Part shown: piece by piece, positions 30,040 to 39,049 of the stretch
Position numbering within the stretch: the stretch's first letter is position 1
How the letters are laid out: each line of letters opens with the position of its first letter
Source of the DNA: an uncultured Chloroflexia bacterium
GTDB lineage: Bacteria > Chloroflexota > Ktedonobacteria > Ktedonobacterales > Ktedonobacteraceae
Direction: 5' to 3'
DNA: 64,000 bases
NCBI GenBank assembly: GCA_963717195.1
Contig: CAVQVR010000021.1
Coordinates: 204,934-268,933, forward strand
Position numbers and translations under genes: made by a program
Notes under the pieces: model-generated
What the model saw: only the letters and a program-made list of their open reading frames with translations
What the model was told of the DNA's origin: nothing
Database searches by the model: none

Positions 30040-30988
30040 ATGCCAATGAAATATGGTGTGAGCCTTCCTCAGGGCTGGATGATGGATCTGGTGGGTATTA
30101 AGGACCCTGTAGAAGCGTATGAGACGATGACACGTGTCGCTCAAACTGCTGATGAAACTGGCTATAATTCTGCCTGGCTTGTTGATCACTTCCATACCGT
30201 TCCGCTGCCGACGCAGGAGGTAACGTTCGAGTGCTGGACGACTACAGCCGCCCTGGCACGCGATACGAAACGGATTCTGTATTGGTCAGATGGTTAGCTG
30301 CAATAGCTATCGCAATCCGGCGTTACTGGCAAAGATGGCGAGTACCGTCGATGTGCTGAGTCACGGACGGCTCAATTTCGGCATTGGAGCTGGTTGGTAC
30401 GAGCACGAGTACCGCGCCTATGGTTACGAGTATCCCGATGCCCCGGAACGTCTGCGTCAGCTGCGCGAGGCCGTACAGGTCATTCTGGCCATGTGGACGC
30501 AAGAGGAAGCCGTCTTTGAGGGCAAGTATTACCAGGTGCACGGCGCAATCAATCAGCCAAAAGGTGTGCAGAAGCCACATATTCCGCTGCTGATTGGTGG
30601 CGGTGGCGAGAAAGTTACGCTCAAGCTAGTCGCGCAATACGGTGATGCCTGTAACATTAGCGGCGACATAGCCACCATCAAGCACAAATTCGATGTTATC
30701 AAACAGCATTGTGAGACCGTGGGACGCGATTACGACAGCATTCATCGCACATCAATATCTATCTGCTCCATTGGTGAGACCGATGAAGAGGCTCTTGCGA
30801 AGATTCCTGCACCTGTCAGAAGTCGCTTCGGGGATCGTATAAATGAGGGTCTAATTGGCAGTCCTGCTACCATTCGTCAGCGCCTGGCTGCTTATGAAGC
30901 CGCTGGCGTACAGGAACTGATATTAGGCTTCCCCGATATTACCACCCTGAATTCTCTTCGCCTTTTCGCGAAAGAGTTCATCGTGTAA
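30040..30988 (+). pseudogene. LLM-class F420-dependent oxidoreductase interrupted by a single-base frameshift near 30277-30283
   Basis: ORFs 29983..30297 and 30290..30988 are the N- and C-halves of one LLM protein. The first half reads …TTAALARDTKRIL|YWSDG*. Skipping one base gives …[42 protein letters not shown]…, the canonical LLM core. Confidence 0.75.
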
Positions 30989-31013
30989 TCTGATACGGAT
31001 TGGTATAAAGGAT

Positions 31014-31170
31014 GTGCTTATAAATCCATCCGTTGATACGAATTCCTTTTGCGCGGGGGATGTAGGGGCCGCACTGATGCCGCCCAGGTGCGTCCGGTGC
31101 ATTGAACAGACCACACACTCCTGGGCGGCATCAGTGCGGCCCCTACATCCCCCGCGGTCCCAACGCGATT
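31014..31170. mobile_element. MITE-like imperfect inverted-repeat element (GCTTATAAATC…GGGGGATGTAGGGGCCGCACTGATGCCGCCCAGG / reverse complement …GCGATTTATAAGCCCG)
   Basis: 36-bp inner arms are perfect. The outer ends match the GGGCTTATAAATCGCG terminal sequence of the family. Located between convergent genes. Confidence 0.75.
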
Positions 31171-31181
31171 TATAAGCCCGT

Positions 31182-32831
31182 CTATCCTCCAGCCATTAAA
31201 TTTCCATCATCAGGCTGATGCAAAGCCCGATCAGGCTTTGTTTCATCGTCGTAATCTACAGCGAAGAGGGAATCGTTCTTTTGAGCCCATTCATACAAAA
31301 TTTGTGCTGCACGATCCGCATCAAAGCTTACAGCGTCCCTGGCGTTGGGATCCTGCGCGATCAGCTCAAATTTTGCCGCAATCCCCCGAATAGTACTGGG
31401 ATCCGTAATTTTGCCTTGCTGTACAGCCTTGTAAGCTTCAATGAGTACTTTTTCGTTTGGAAGCTCAGGGGTGGCAGGTGCAGGCGGATCATCATAAATG
31501 GGTTGAGGTGGTGGAGCTGGAACTGCCTGAGTCGTTTCCTCAGCCAGTCTCGCATTTCCAGCGGTTACACTGGCCTTTTGCACTTTTGGTTGGCTACCTT
31601 GTGCCTTTGGTACAGGCGCTTTAACCACTGCAGGTTGCGGAGCAGAGCCAGTAGGTGGGGCTGGATTCTCTATAATAGTCGTTGGCATATCAAAAACGGC
31701 ATCGGTTTCTACAATGGTAGCACCATGAGGCGCGAGCGAGACATCACGAATACGGACCCAGTTCACCATCACGCCCCAGAGCGCAACATGCTCGCCTACC
31801 AACTCTTGCAGATATTTGTTGACACGCTCCCAACGCAGTTCTCCATCTCCTGCATCATCATATGTGAGCGGACGCGAGTGCAACCCCTGAGGCCAGGCAA
31901 TGAAATCGTCAGGCGCAAATGTAGTAGCGATACTTTGAATGGTAGATATAACCAGTTCCTTAAGCATCTCTTCCCATTGATTAACCTGCGTAACGGCGAT
32001 ATGGGCATCCTTCGGCATCAACTGGTATGAGATAGTGGAGCGTAAAACAACATCCTCGTCACGTGACAACTGCACCTTTTGCAACGGGCAGACCCACTGC
32101 TTCTCACCCACATTCAAGGAGGGGCCAGGCTTTTCCCAGGGCAAGAGAATGTTAGGGCCTGCATAGAGGGTACGACGGTATTTCCCAAACGCGAAAACAA
32201 TATCGACATATCCCTCCGCAACCGGGTGAAAAGAGAGCCGGATGATAACTATAAAAAGCAGCACAAAAAGGCACAACACAATCAGCGCAGAAGTAGGACC
32301 AAAAAGAGCAAACGTCCCTATGACCAAGAAAAGAGCAAATCCCCCAACCGTAGCCAGAGCCCACATACCATTATCAGCATCTGAATCTAAATAGGAGAAG
32401 GAGACAGCCGCCCCTTGCGCGACTGCAACAGCGATGATCACAATGATCGTGGGCAAAAAACCGGCAGGTGAAATATATGGTCTGTGTAAATTAAGCGCTA
32501 AAAACACGAGAAGACTGGTAAAGACAGCAAAAAGCAAAGGAACAACGAAAATTGGAATATAGCGCCCCGGCTCTTTTAGAAAGTCGAGCGGAGAAGAGTC
32601 TGACTCGAACGGACCCGCCTGATCTCCTCCATCGCCCCAGCCACTCATATCCTCAGATGATGCAGGCGTGCTCAAATCGAAAACCTCCTCTTCCCCTGAA
32701 GCAGGGAGAGGAGGCAACGCATCATGATCTACCTGGCGAGCATATTCAAATGACTGGCCCCAATTGGTATTGTCAGATCTCTGCCGCGGAGGATCTGGTT
32801 CATTCCCATCTGGCGACATATGTACAAACAC
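31182..32831 (-). CDS. SPFH/Band-7 (stomatin/prohibitin-like) domain membrane protein with Pro-rich C-terminal region
   Basis: N-terminal multi-TM region. The central region VDIVFAFGKYRRTLYAGPNILLPWEK…VVLRSTISYQL… is SPFH-like. Confidence 0.5.
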   Translation of the reverse strand: MFVHMSPDGNEPDPPRQRSDNTNWGQSFEYARQVDHDALPPLPASGEEEVFDLSTPASSEDMSGWGDGGDQAGPFESDSSPLDFLKEPGRYIPIFVVPLLFAVFTSLLVFLALNLHRPYISPAGFLPTIIVIIAVAVAQGAAVSFSYLDSDADNGMWALATVGGFALFLVIGTFALFGPTSALIVLCLFVLLFIVIIRLSFHPVAEGYVDIVFAFGKYRRTLYAGPNILLPWEKPGPSLNVGEKQWVCPLQKVQLSRDEDVVLRSTISYQLMPKDAHIAVTQVNQWEEMLKELVISTIQSIATTFAPDDFIAWPQGLHSRPLTYDDAGDGELRWERVNKYLQELVGEHVALWGVMVNWVRIRDVSLAPHGATIVETDAVFDMPTTIIENPAPPTGSAPQPAVVKAPVPKAQGSQPKVQKASVTAGNARLAEETTQAVPAPPPQPIYDDPPAPATPELPNEKVLIEAYKAVQQGKITDPSTIRGIAAKFELIAQDPNARDAVSFDADRAAQILYEWAQKNDSLFAVDYDDETKPDRALHQPDDGNLMAGG

Positions 32832-32870
32832 CTTCCTCTCATCTCATCACCAAAACTAAATTTGTACGTC

Positions 32871-33848
32871 TCACTTCTTATTTATACCACAAGAGCCACA
32901 GCCATTGCTTTTACCACTGGTACTACAGGCGCCGCCTGAACCGCAACTACCACATCCTCCGCCTCCTCCACTGCCGCACCCACCTCCCTTGCTGCTACAA
33001 CAGGCACCACCGGAACCACAGCTTTTTTGTTCCTTTTCTTCATCTACCGGAACTTGAATTGTCACACCGCTTTCCAGCATTACCTCAACCGAATTTTGGG
33101 GCACATTGACCGAGACAACCTTCCCAGCACCACTGGGCGTCGTAAGCATTGTTCCAACCTGGGGCATCTGTCGCTTGGCCTGAACATAATTATCGTTCTC
33201 ATAAGAAAGACAACAGAGCAGGCGTCCACAGACACCTGAGATCTTCGAAGGATTGAGAGGAAGTCCCTGTTCTTTTGCCATTTTAATCGAGACGATGCCG
33301 AATTCTTTGATCCAGGAGCTACAACACAACGTTTTGCCACAAATGCCAACGCCCCCTTGCAGCTTCGCCTGGCCGCGTGCACCGATCTGACGTAGCTCAA
33401 TGCGTGTACGGAAAGTTGCGGCAAGATCGCGCACGAGGGCGCGAAAATCAACGCGTTCGTCGGCAGTAAAGTAAAAAGTCAGGCGACTGCCATCGAATGT
33501 GTACTCTGATTCTACAAGCTTCATCGGCAAGCTGTGCTGCTGAATGCGTTCAGCACAACGCACAAGCGCCTCTTTCTCCTTGCTTTTGAAAGAGAGCATC
33601 ATACGCAATTCATCTTCAGTTGCCAGGCGCAGAACAGGTTTTAGCGGATCGCTGAGGTCACTTTCCGCAATTTTTTTCGGAGCAATGACAACACGTCCGG
33701 CCTCTACACCACGTACCGTCTCTACAATAACATACTGACCTGTGTTAAAGGCCTGCTCTTGCGGATCGAAGTAATAGATGCGCCCGGCTGGTCGAAAACG
33801 AATGCCGACAATAAGAACAGTCTTTTCTGTACTCGTCGCCAGTGACAT
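32871..33848 (-). CDS. PSP1 C-terminal domain protein (YaaT/RicT-like) with a Cys/Gly-rich C-terminal tail
   Basis: VGIRFRPAGRIYYFDP…CGKTLCCSSW…ISGVCGRLLCCLSYE… is the YaaT family core. The tail is …SCGSGGACCSSKGGGCGSGGGGGCGSCGSGGACSTSGKSNGCGSCG. Confidence 0.7.
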   Translation of the reverse strand: MSLATSTEKTVLIVGIRFRPAGRIYYFDPQEQAFNTGQYVIVETVRGVEAGRVVIAPKKIAESDLSDPLKPVLRLATEDELRMMLSFKSKEKEALVRCAERIQQHSLPMKLVESEYTFDGSRLTFYFTADERVDFRALVRDLAATFRTRIELRQIGARGQAKLQGGVGICGKTLCCSSWIKEFGIVSIKMAKEQGLPLNPSKISGVCGRLLCCLSYENDNYVQAKRQMPQVGTMLTTPSGAGKVVSVNVPQNSVEVMLESGVTIQVPVDEEKEQKSCGSGGACCSSKGGGCGSGGGGGCGSCGSGGACSTSGKSNGCGSCGINKK

Positions 33849-34015
33849 TTTTCCAGTATCCTTATTTTCAGTATCCTTATTTCAGTAGCCTTATGCGGGT
33901 CGTGAAAGGATACAAGTGAAGATGCGCCACAAAACGGAGGATGAAGGGCGCAGCTTCATTGCTATCATTCATTCAGCACCCCTTGCATCCTCTGCATCCC
34001 CTGCATCCACCAGCC

Positions 34016-34588
34016 TTACATTGCGTCCGTTAAGAGAATGGCCTCTGCAACCTCACGCATAGATTTGCGATTATTCATGCTGGCCTTCTGAATCTTGCGG
34101 AACGCTTCTTGCTCGCTAAGCCCCTGCTTTTCCATCAAGAGTCCTTTGGCACGCTCGACAATCTTACGTGCTTCCAGTTGTTCGTTTAATGTACGAGCCT
34201 TCTCTTCCATAGCACGAAACTCGTTATAACGCGCCAGTGCTACTTCTATCGCCGGAGTAACCTCGCTCTCACGCAACGGCTTCACGATGTAGTTCACCAC
34301 ACCGGCTTCCTTAGCACGTTCAACGAGTGGCTGGTCACCGAAGGCGGTGAGAAGCAGTACAGGAGCGATCTTTTCCTGTGTCAGCGTCTCAGCGGCTGCG
34401 ATTCCATCCATATCCGGCATACGGATATCCATAATCACCAGTTCTGGCCGCAACTTGCGGGCCAGGTTGACAGCGCTTACTCCATCACCTGCTTCACCGA
34501 CCACAAGATAGCCTTGTTTTGTCAGCACATCTTTCAGATCCATGCGCTGAATTGCTTCGTCATCTGCAATAATAATACGTGTTGGCAT
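34016..34588 (-). CDS. REC + ANTAR response regulator (AmiR/NasT-type antiterminator)
   Basis: IIIADDEAIQRMDL…LVIMDIRMPDMDG… receiver. ANTAR: ERAKGLLMEKQGLSEQEAFRKIQKASMNNRKSMREVAEAIL. Confidence 0.88.
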   Translation of the reverse strand: MPTRIIIADDEAIQRMDLKDVLTKQGYLVVGEAGDGVSAVNLARKLRPELVIMDIRMPDMDGIAAAETLTQEKIAPVLLLTAFGDQPLVERAKEAGVVNYIVKPLRESEVTPAIEVALARYNEFRAMEEKARTLNEQLEARKIVERAKGLLMEKQGLSEQEAFRKIQKASMNNRKSMREVAEAILLTDAM

Positions 34589-34744
34589 AGTCTCACCTCA
34601 AAACCTTTGGTCTCGTCCACCCTTTAGCCTCAATTCACTTCCCACGTTAGAGAGTATATCATACTAGACCGGATGAGTCGATAGGACTTCCATCCTTCGT
34701 GTAAAATTGACACCTTTGACAAAGGACAGTGTCGTCAATCGCAC

Positions 34745-34825
34745 GGACGCGATCAATCGCGCGGGCTTATAAATCGCGCCCCTACACCATTGGCGGCATG
34801 GGCTTGTCAATCGCGCTACATAACT
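34745..34825. repeat. Cluster of three short copies of the family terminal sequence (…GCGGGCTTATAAATCGCGCCCCTACACC…GGGCTTGTCAATCGCGCTACA)
   Basis: Immediately 3' of the DAHP synthase stop. Confidence 0.6.
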
Positions 34826-35891
34826 ATGCTACGCGTATTATTTCATCATCCTCTTGCATGATTTCTGCCATTATGCGGGCTTCGCGTACGACTTTCCGCA
34901 GTTGTTCAGGTGTAATAGATTGGCGGCCATCACACATCGCGCTATTAGGATCGGGATGCACCTCGATGATTAAACCTTCAGCCCCGGCTGCAATGCTGGC
35001 CCGTGACATGGTTGGCACTAATTCGCGTCGACCAGTAGCGTGACTGGGATCAACAATAACGGGAAGGTGAGTAAGCTCGTGGAGCAAGGGAACACAGGAG
35101 AGGTCAAGTACGTTGCGCGTCTGAGAGTCATAACTACGGATGCCACGTTCACAGAGGATGACGTTGGGATTACCTGCCGCTACAATATACTCCGCTGCCA
35201 ATAACCATTCGTCAATCGTAGCCGACAGGCCCCGTTTTAACATCACGGGTCGCTTATGACTATCTCGTCCGGCGGCGCGTAAGAGCGGGAAGTTCTGCAT
35301 ATTGCGGCTCCCAATCTGCAATATGTCGGCATGTTCTGCGACAACATCGACCAGTTCTGGCTCCATCACTTCGGTAATCACGGGAAGCCCTGTGAGCTGG
35401 CGTGCTTCTGCCAACAGATGCAGCCCTTCAACGCCCAGACCCTGGAACTGATAAGGAGAAGTACGCGGCTTGAATGCTCCTCCACGCAAAATATGAGCAC
35501 CAGCTTCCACAACGGCCTGCGCCGTCGAGAGCAACTGTTCGCGATTTTCTACTGCGCATGGCCCTGCTATGATGACTGGTAATGCGGATGCTCCCCCAAC
35601 CGTAATTGGCGTGCAGTCATGTCCATTACCCACAATGATGCTTGTGTTCTCTGCCTGGAAGACTCTGCTTACAAGCTTATAAGGAGTCTTTATTTGCATA
35701 ACCCGCTCGACAGCTGGCTGCTGCTCAAGTACAGTCTGTGCCTCTGATGAATGATGTTCGAGCACAATTACCTCTCGCCCTCCCATGTTCGTTGTCGTGA
35801 TAGGATGCTGGCTGTCAGTGATACGACCCAGAAGTGCGATGAGTTGAGAACGTTCAGTACTGTTTGCCTGACTACGAATGGTGATGATCAT
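34824..35891 (-). CDS. aroG: 3-deoxy-D-arabino-heptulosonate-7-phosphate (DAHP) synthase, class I-beta type with N-terminal regulatory domain
   Basis: …[46 protein letters not shown]…ITEVM…[11 protein letters not shown]…KRG…DPSHATGRR… is the DAHPS/KDO8PS core. Confidence 0.8.
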   Translation of the reverse strand: MIITIRSQANSTERSQLIALLGRITDSQHPITTTNMGGREVIVLEHHSSEAQTVLEQQPAVERVMQIKTPYKLVSRVFQAENTSIIVGNGHDCTPITVGGASALPVIIAGPCAVENREQLLSTAQAVVEAGAHILRGGAFKPRTSPYQFQGLGVEGLHLLAEARQLTGLPVITEVMEPELVDVVAEHADILQIGSRNMQNFPLLRAAGRDSHKRPVMLKRGLSATIDEWLLAAEYIVAAGNPNVILCERGIRSYDSQTRNVLDLSCVPLLHELTHLPVIVDPSHATGRRELVPTMSRASIAAGAEGLIIEVHPDPNSAMCDGRQSITPEQLRKVVREARIMAEIMQEDDEIIRVA

Positions 35892-35934
35892 GATCTAAAT
35901 CCTCTCTCTGCAATCTACAATAAAAAATTTCGGG

Positions 35935-35966
35935 AAACAAAAAAGCAGAGGTTTTTTCCTCTGCTT
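35935..35966 (-). terminator. Intrinsic terminator about 40 nt upstream of the DAHP synthase start codon (attenuator terminator)
   Basis: On the minus strand: gaagcagagg-aaaaaa-cctctgctt followed by ttttgttt. Confidence 0.7.
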
Positions 35967-36014
35967 CTCCAGCACGCTGGTGGTCATTTTTTGCTCAGCC
36001 CAAAGGGCCCACCA

Positions 36015-36077
36015 TCATGCTGGAGGGCTAAACCAATAATAAAAGCTAAATTGTTTGTTTATCTGGTCGCTGAGCAT
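36015..36077 (-). CDS. Leader peptide MLSDQINKQFSFYYWFSPPA (20 aa) for aromatic amino-acid attenuation
   Basis: Read directly from the minus strand: atg ctc agc gac cag ata aac aaa caa ttt agc ttt tat tat tgg ttt agc cct cca gca tga. Six Phe/Tyr/Trp residues fall in seven codons. The stop lies inside the 5' arm of a 17-bp stem (36009-36025 pairing with 35967-35983) that abuts the terminator. Confidence 0.65.
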   Translation of the reverse strand: MLSDQINKQFSFYYWFSPPA

Positions 36078-36140
36078 TTGTATATCCGGTTTCTTGTTTT
36101 TATTTTTGCGGTGACTCTAAGTCACACAACTCATGTACTG

Positions 36141-36170
36141 ATTATAAAGGCTTTCTATGTCTGATGTCAA
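36141..36170 (-). promoter_or_regulatory. Sigma-70-like promoter (TTGACA-N18-TATAAT) driving the aroG leader
   Basis: On the minus strand: ttgacatcagacatagaaagcctttataat. The predicted TSS is about 55 nt upstream of the leader-peptide ATG. Confidence 0.6.
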
Positions 36171-36538
36171 GGGGGGTGACTGGATAGTTTTGCCATAAAG
36201 TAGCCGTGAATATATTACATTGTGACAATAAGGGCTTAAGCCCGCCGCAAGCCGCAGGGTTTGAACCCCTGGGGGTAGGGCATCTGTCGGCTTGAGCCAG
36301 AAGTCCTCGTATTTTGCATCGCCCCTCACGCTATTCCCTACCCACTACGGACTCAAATATACTTGCTATCAGATGACCAACCCTGTGTATTTCTGCTTGA
36401 TAATGTCAGATATTGATAAATTACAGATGGCCTTACCCTTTATGCTTGACATTCAGTGTATCGGTGCTTTCTAATAAAACCAGTTCCACTCGCATTGGGG
36501 TGGAGATGGTTCTGATGAAAGGAAGCTGATATCTACCC

Positions 36539-39004
36539 ATGAAACATCTGCATCTTTCGCATAATTGGTTATTTAAACAACGTTCCTCTACCCACTCTCT
36601 ATCTGACGACTTCTCTTCCCCACATGAATGGTTACCAGCGACGGTCCCCGGAACTGTTCATCAGGATCTGCTCACGGCTGGCCGCATCCCCGATCCTTTT
36701 CTGGCATTAAATGAGAACGAGGTACAGTGGGTCGGCGCATCAGACTGGCTCTATAAGTGCACATTCGATCGCCCACCGGATTTTGAAAATGCAGATGAAA
36801 TTGTGCTCTGTTTCGATGGACTCGATACTTTTGCTACTGCCTGGCTCAATGGCACGCAGCTTCTTACCAGCGAGAATATGTTTGTACCACAGCGGATTCA
36901 CATCACTTCTTTACTTCGTCCAGGTCTCAATGAGCTACGAATTTTGTTTGCATCAGCCTTGCAGCGTGGTAAAGAACTTGAAATGCAGTATGGCGAACGC
37001 TTTGTCTGGAACGGTGATGCCAGCCGCGTCTATGTGCGCAAAGCTCAGTATCACTACGGCTGGGATTGGGGTCCGACGCTGCTCACGGCTGGCATCTGGA
37101 AACCAATACACCTTGAGTCCTACAGCGCTCGGATCGCGGATATTCATTGTCCAGCTACCGTTGCTGACGATCTTCAAAGCGCAACATTCCCTCTGCATGT
37201 GGCTCTCGAAACAGGCAACTTATTTTCTGACCTGACAGCACGCATAGTGATCTACGCACCCGATGGCGAAACTGTTGCCGAGACACAACTCCCGGTCACC
37301 GATACACGCATGCAGCATACCTTCAACCTCGCTTTACCTCAGCTCTGGTGGCCAAATGGTTATGGAGAACAGCCATTATATCGGTTGGAAGTAACATTGC
37401 TGCGGCAGTCAGAGGAGCTTGATTGGCAGGAGATACGTCTCGGCCTGCGTCGCCTGCGCCTGATACAACACCCCTTTGAAGATGAGCCTGGAACCAGTTT
37501 CTTTTTTGAGATCAATAATACGCCTGTTTTCTGTGGTGGTGCAAACTGGATCCCCGCCGATTCGTTTACTCCCCGCGTGACGCCTGAAGGATACCGCGCA
37601 TGGGTGCAGCTCGCTGCTGCAGCCAATATGACGATGCTGCGCGTCTGGGGCGGTGGTATCTATGAAGACGAGGCATTCTATACAGCCTGCGACGAACTTG
37701 GCTTGCTCGTATGGCAAGATTTTATGTTTGCCTGTGGACTCTATCCTGCTCACCCAGAATTTCAGGAAAGCGTACGTGCCGAGGCCGAAGCTGCTGTGAG
37801 GCGGTTGCGTCACCATCCCTCCCTTGTTATCTGGGCTGGCAACAACGAAGATTATGGAGTTGCGAAATCCAGGCATGTGTATGATCCAGAGTTCGAGGGT
37901 GATTTTACGCAAACGGGATTTCCCGCCCGTGCTATTTATGAGCAACTTCTACCAGACATCTGCGCAAAGCTTGATCCCACACGTCCCTACTGGCGTGGTA
38001 GTCCCTATGGCGGCGCAGATGGCGGAGATGACCGCACTATTGGCGACCAGCATATCTGGAGCATCTGGCATGGCGCGGTCCCTTACCAGGATTATCCAAA
38101 TTTTGCAGGACGTTTCGTCAGTGAATTCGGTATGGAAGCCTTTCCGGTGATGGAAACCATCGCGCACTTTGCCGCCCCACCAGAGCTCTATCCACAGAGT
38201 CGTACACTGGATTTCCATAATAAAGATGCTGGCGGCCCCAGGCGGATCGCACCCTATCTCATTGAAAATGTGCGTATTGTTGCCGACCTCGAAGGGTATA
38301 GCTATCTGACCCAGCTTGTGCAGTCGGAGGCCTTAACTGCTGCATACCGTGGTTGGCGGCGGCGTTGGAATGGACCTGGATGCGAATATACGGCGGGCGC
38401 TCTGGTCTGGCAACTCAACGACTGCTGGCCCGTAACAAGCTGGGCCATTATAGACTATTACCTGCGCCCCAAGCCCTCTTACTACAGCATACGCCGCGAA
38501 CTTGCACCCTTTGTCGTCGGATTGGCACGCACTTCACAGAAAACCATTTCTGCCTGGACCGCCAACGGTTTGCATAGCGTCGGAAATGCGGAACTGGAGG
38601 TACGTGCCTGGGCGCTTAACGGAAAGCTGATTAGTGAGGAACGTCGCCCGGTAGTACTGGCCTCCAATCAGAGTGTAGAACAGGGAGAATTTGCCAGCGA
38701 GCGCAACGATACATGGGTCGTTGCAGCGCGACTCTTCAAAGATGGTAACATCGTCGCGCGTACAACCCTCTGGCCGGAGCCGTTTAAGTATCTGACTTTG
38801 CCCGATCCAGAAATAACTATTGAGCGCCTTGGGATGGACACCTTGCGTCTGCATGCAAAGCGACCGGCGAAAGGTGTATGGCTCTCAACTGGTGATGGCG
38901 TCATATGGAGCGATAATATGCTCGATCTGATGCCAGATGATCCTCAAATAATCGTCGCGCAGGGTCTCAATGAAACCCAGATACACGTGAAATGGCTCTC
39001 ATAG
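36539..39004 (+). CDS. Beta-mannosidase (glycoside hydrolase family 2)
   Basis: 821 aa with the GH2 beta-mannosidase N-terminus (…WLPATVPGTVHQDLL…) and the catalytic region …WAGNNEDYG… / …VSEFGMEAFP…. Confidence 0.8.
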   Translation: MKHLHLSHNWLFKQRSSTHSLSDDFSSPHEWLPATVPGTVHQDLLTAGRIPDPFLALNENEVQWVGASDWLYKCTFDRPPDFENADEIVLCFDGLDTFATAWLNGTQLLTSENMFVPQRIHITSLLRPGLNELRILFASALQRGKELEMQYGERFVWNGDASRVYVRKAQYHYGWDWGPTLLTAGIWKPIHLESYSARIADIHCPATVADDLQSATFPLHVALETGNLFSDLTARIVIYAPDGETVAETQLPVTDTRMQHTFNLALPQLWWPNGYGEQPLYRLEVTLLRQSEELDWQEIRLGLRRLRLIQHPFEDEPGTSFFFEINNTPVFCGGANWIPADSFTPRVTPEGYRAWVQLAAAANMTMLRVWGGGIYEDEAFYTACDELGLLVWQDFMFACGLYPAHPEFQESVRAEAEAAVRRLRHHPSLVIWAGNNEDYGVAKSRHVYDPEFEGDFTQTGFPARAIYEQLLPDICAKLDPTRPYWRGSPYGGADGGDDRTIGDQHIWSIWHGAVPYQDYPNFAGRFVSEFGMEAFPVMETIAHFAAPPELYPQSRTLDFHNKDAGGPRRIAPYLIENVRIVADLEGYSYLTQLVQSEALTAAYRGWRRRWNGPGCEYTAGALVWQLNDCWPVTSWAIIDYYLRPKPSYYSIRRELAPFVVGLARTSQKTISAWTANGLHSVGNAELEVRAWALNGKLISEERRPVVLASNQSVEQGEFASERNDTWVVAARLFKDGNIVARTTLWPEPFKYLTLPDPEITIERLGMDTLRLHAKRPAKGVWLSTGDGVIWSDNMLDLMPDDPQIIVAQGLNETQIHVKWLS

Positions 39005-39049
39005 ACGTAAGGGCGCGAGCGCTTGCCTCCGCCCTGTCTATTCTGGCTA

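Noticed and set aside
31218-32384. Plus-strand ORFs (270 aa, 101 aa) inside the SPFH gene
   Set aside because: They are antisense. The 101-aa product is Lys/Arg-rich low complexity mirroring the Pro-rich coding strand.
35990-36010. T-box leader upstream of aroG
   Set aside because: No AGGGUGGNACCGCG T-box sequence or specifier-loop architecture is present. The leader-peptide attenuator explains the terminator instead.
36262-36295. tRNA-like T-arm (cagggTTTGAACccctg) followed by ggggtaggg
   Set aside because: No matching acceptor, D or anticodon arms could be found. The T-loop deviates from TTCRANY. It more likely belongs to the GTAGGGG repeat family.
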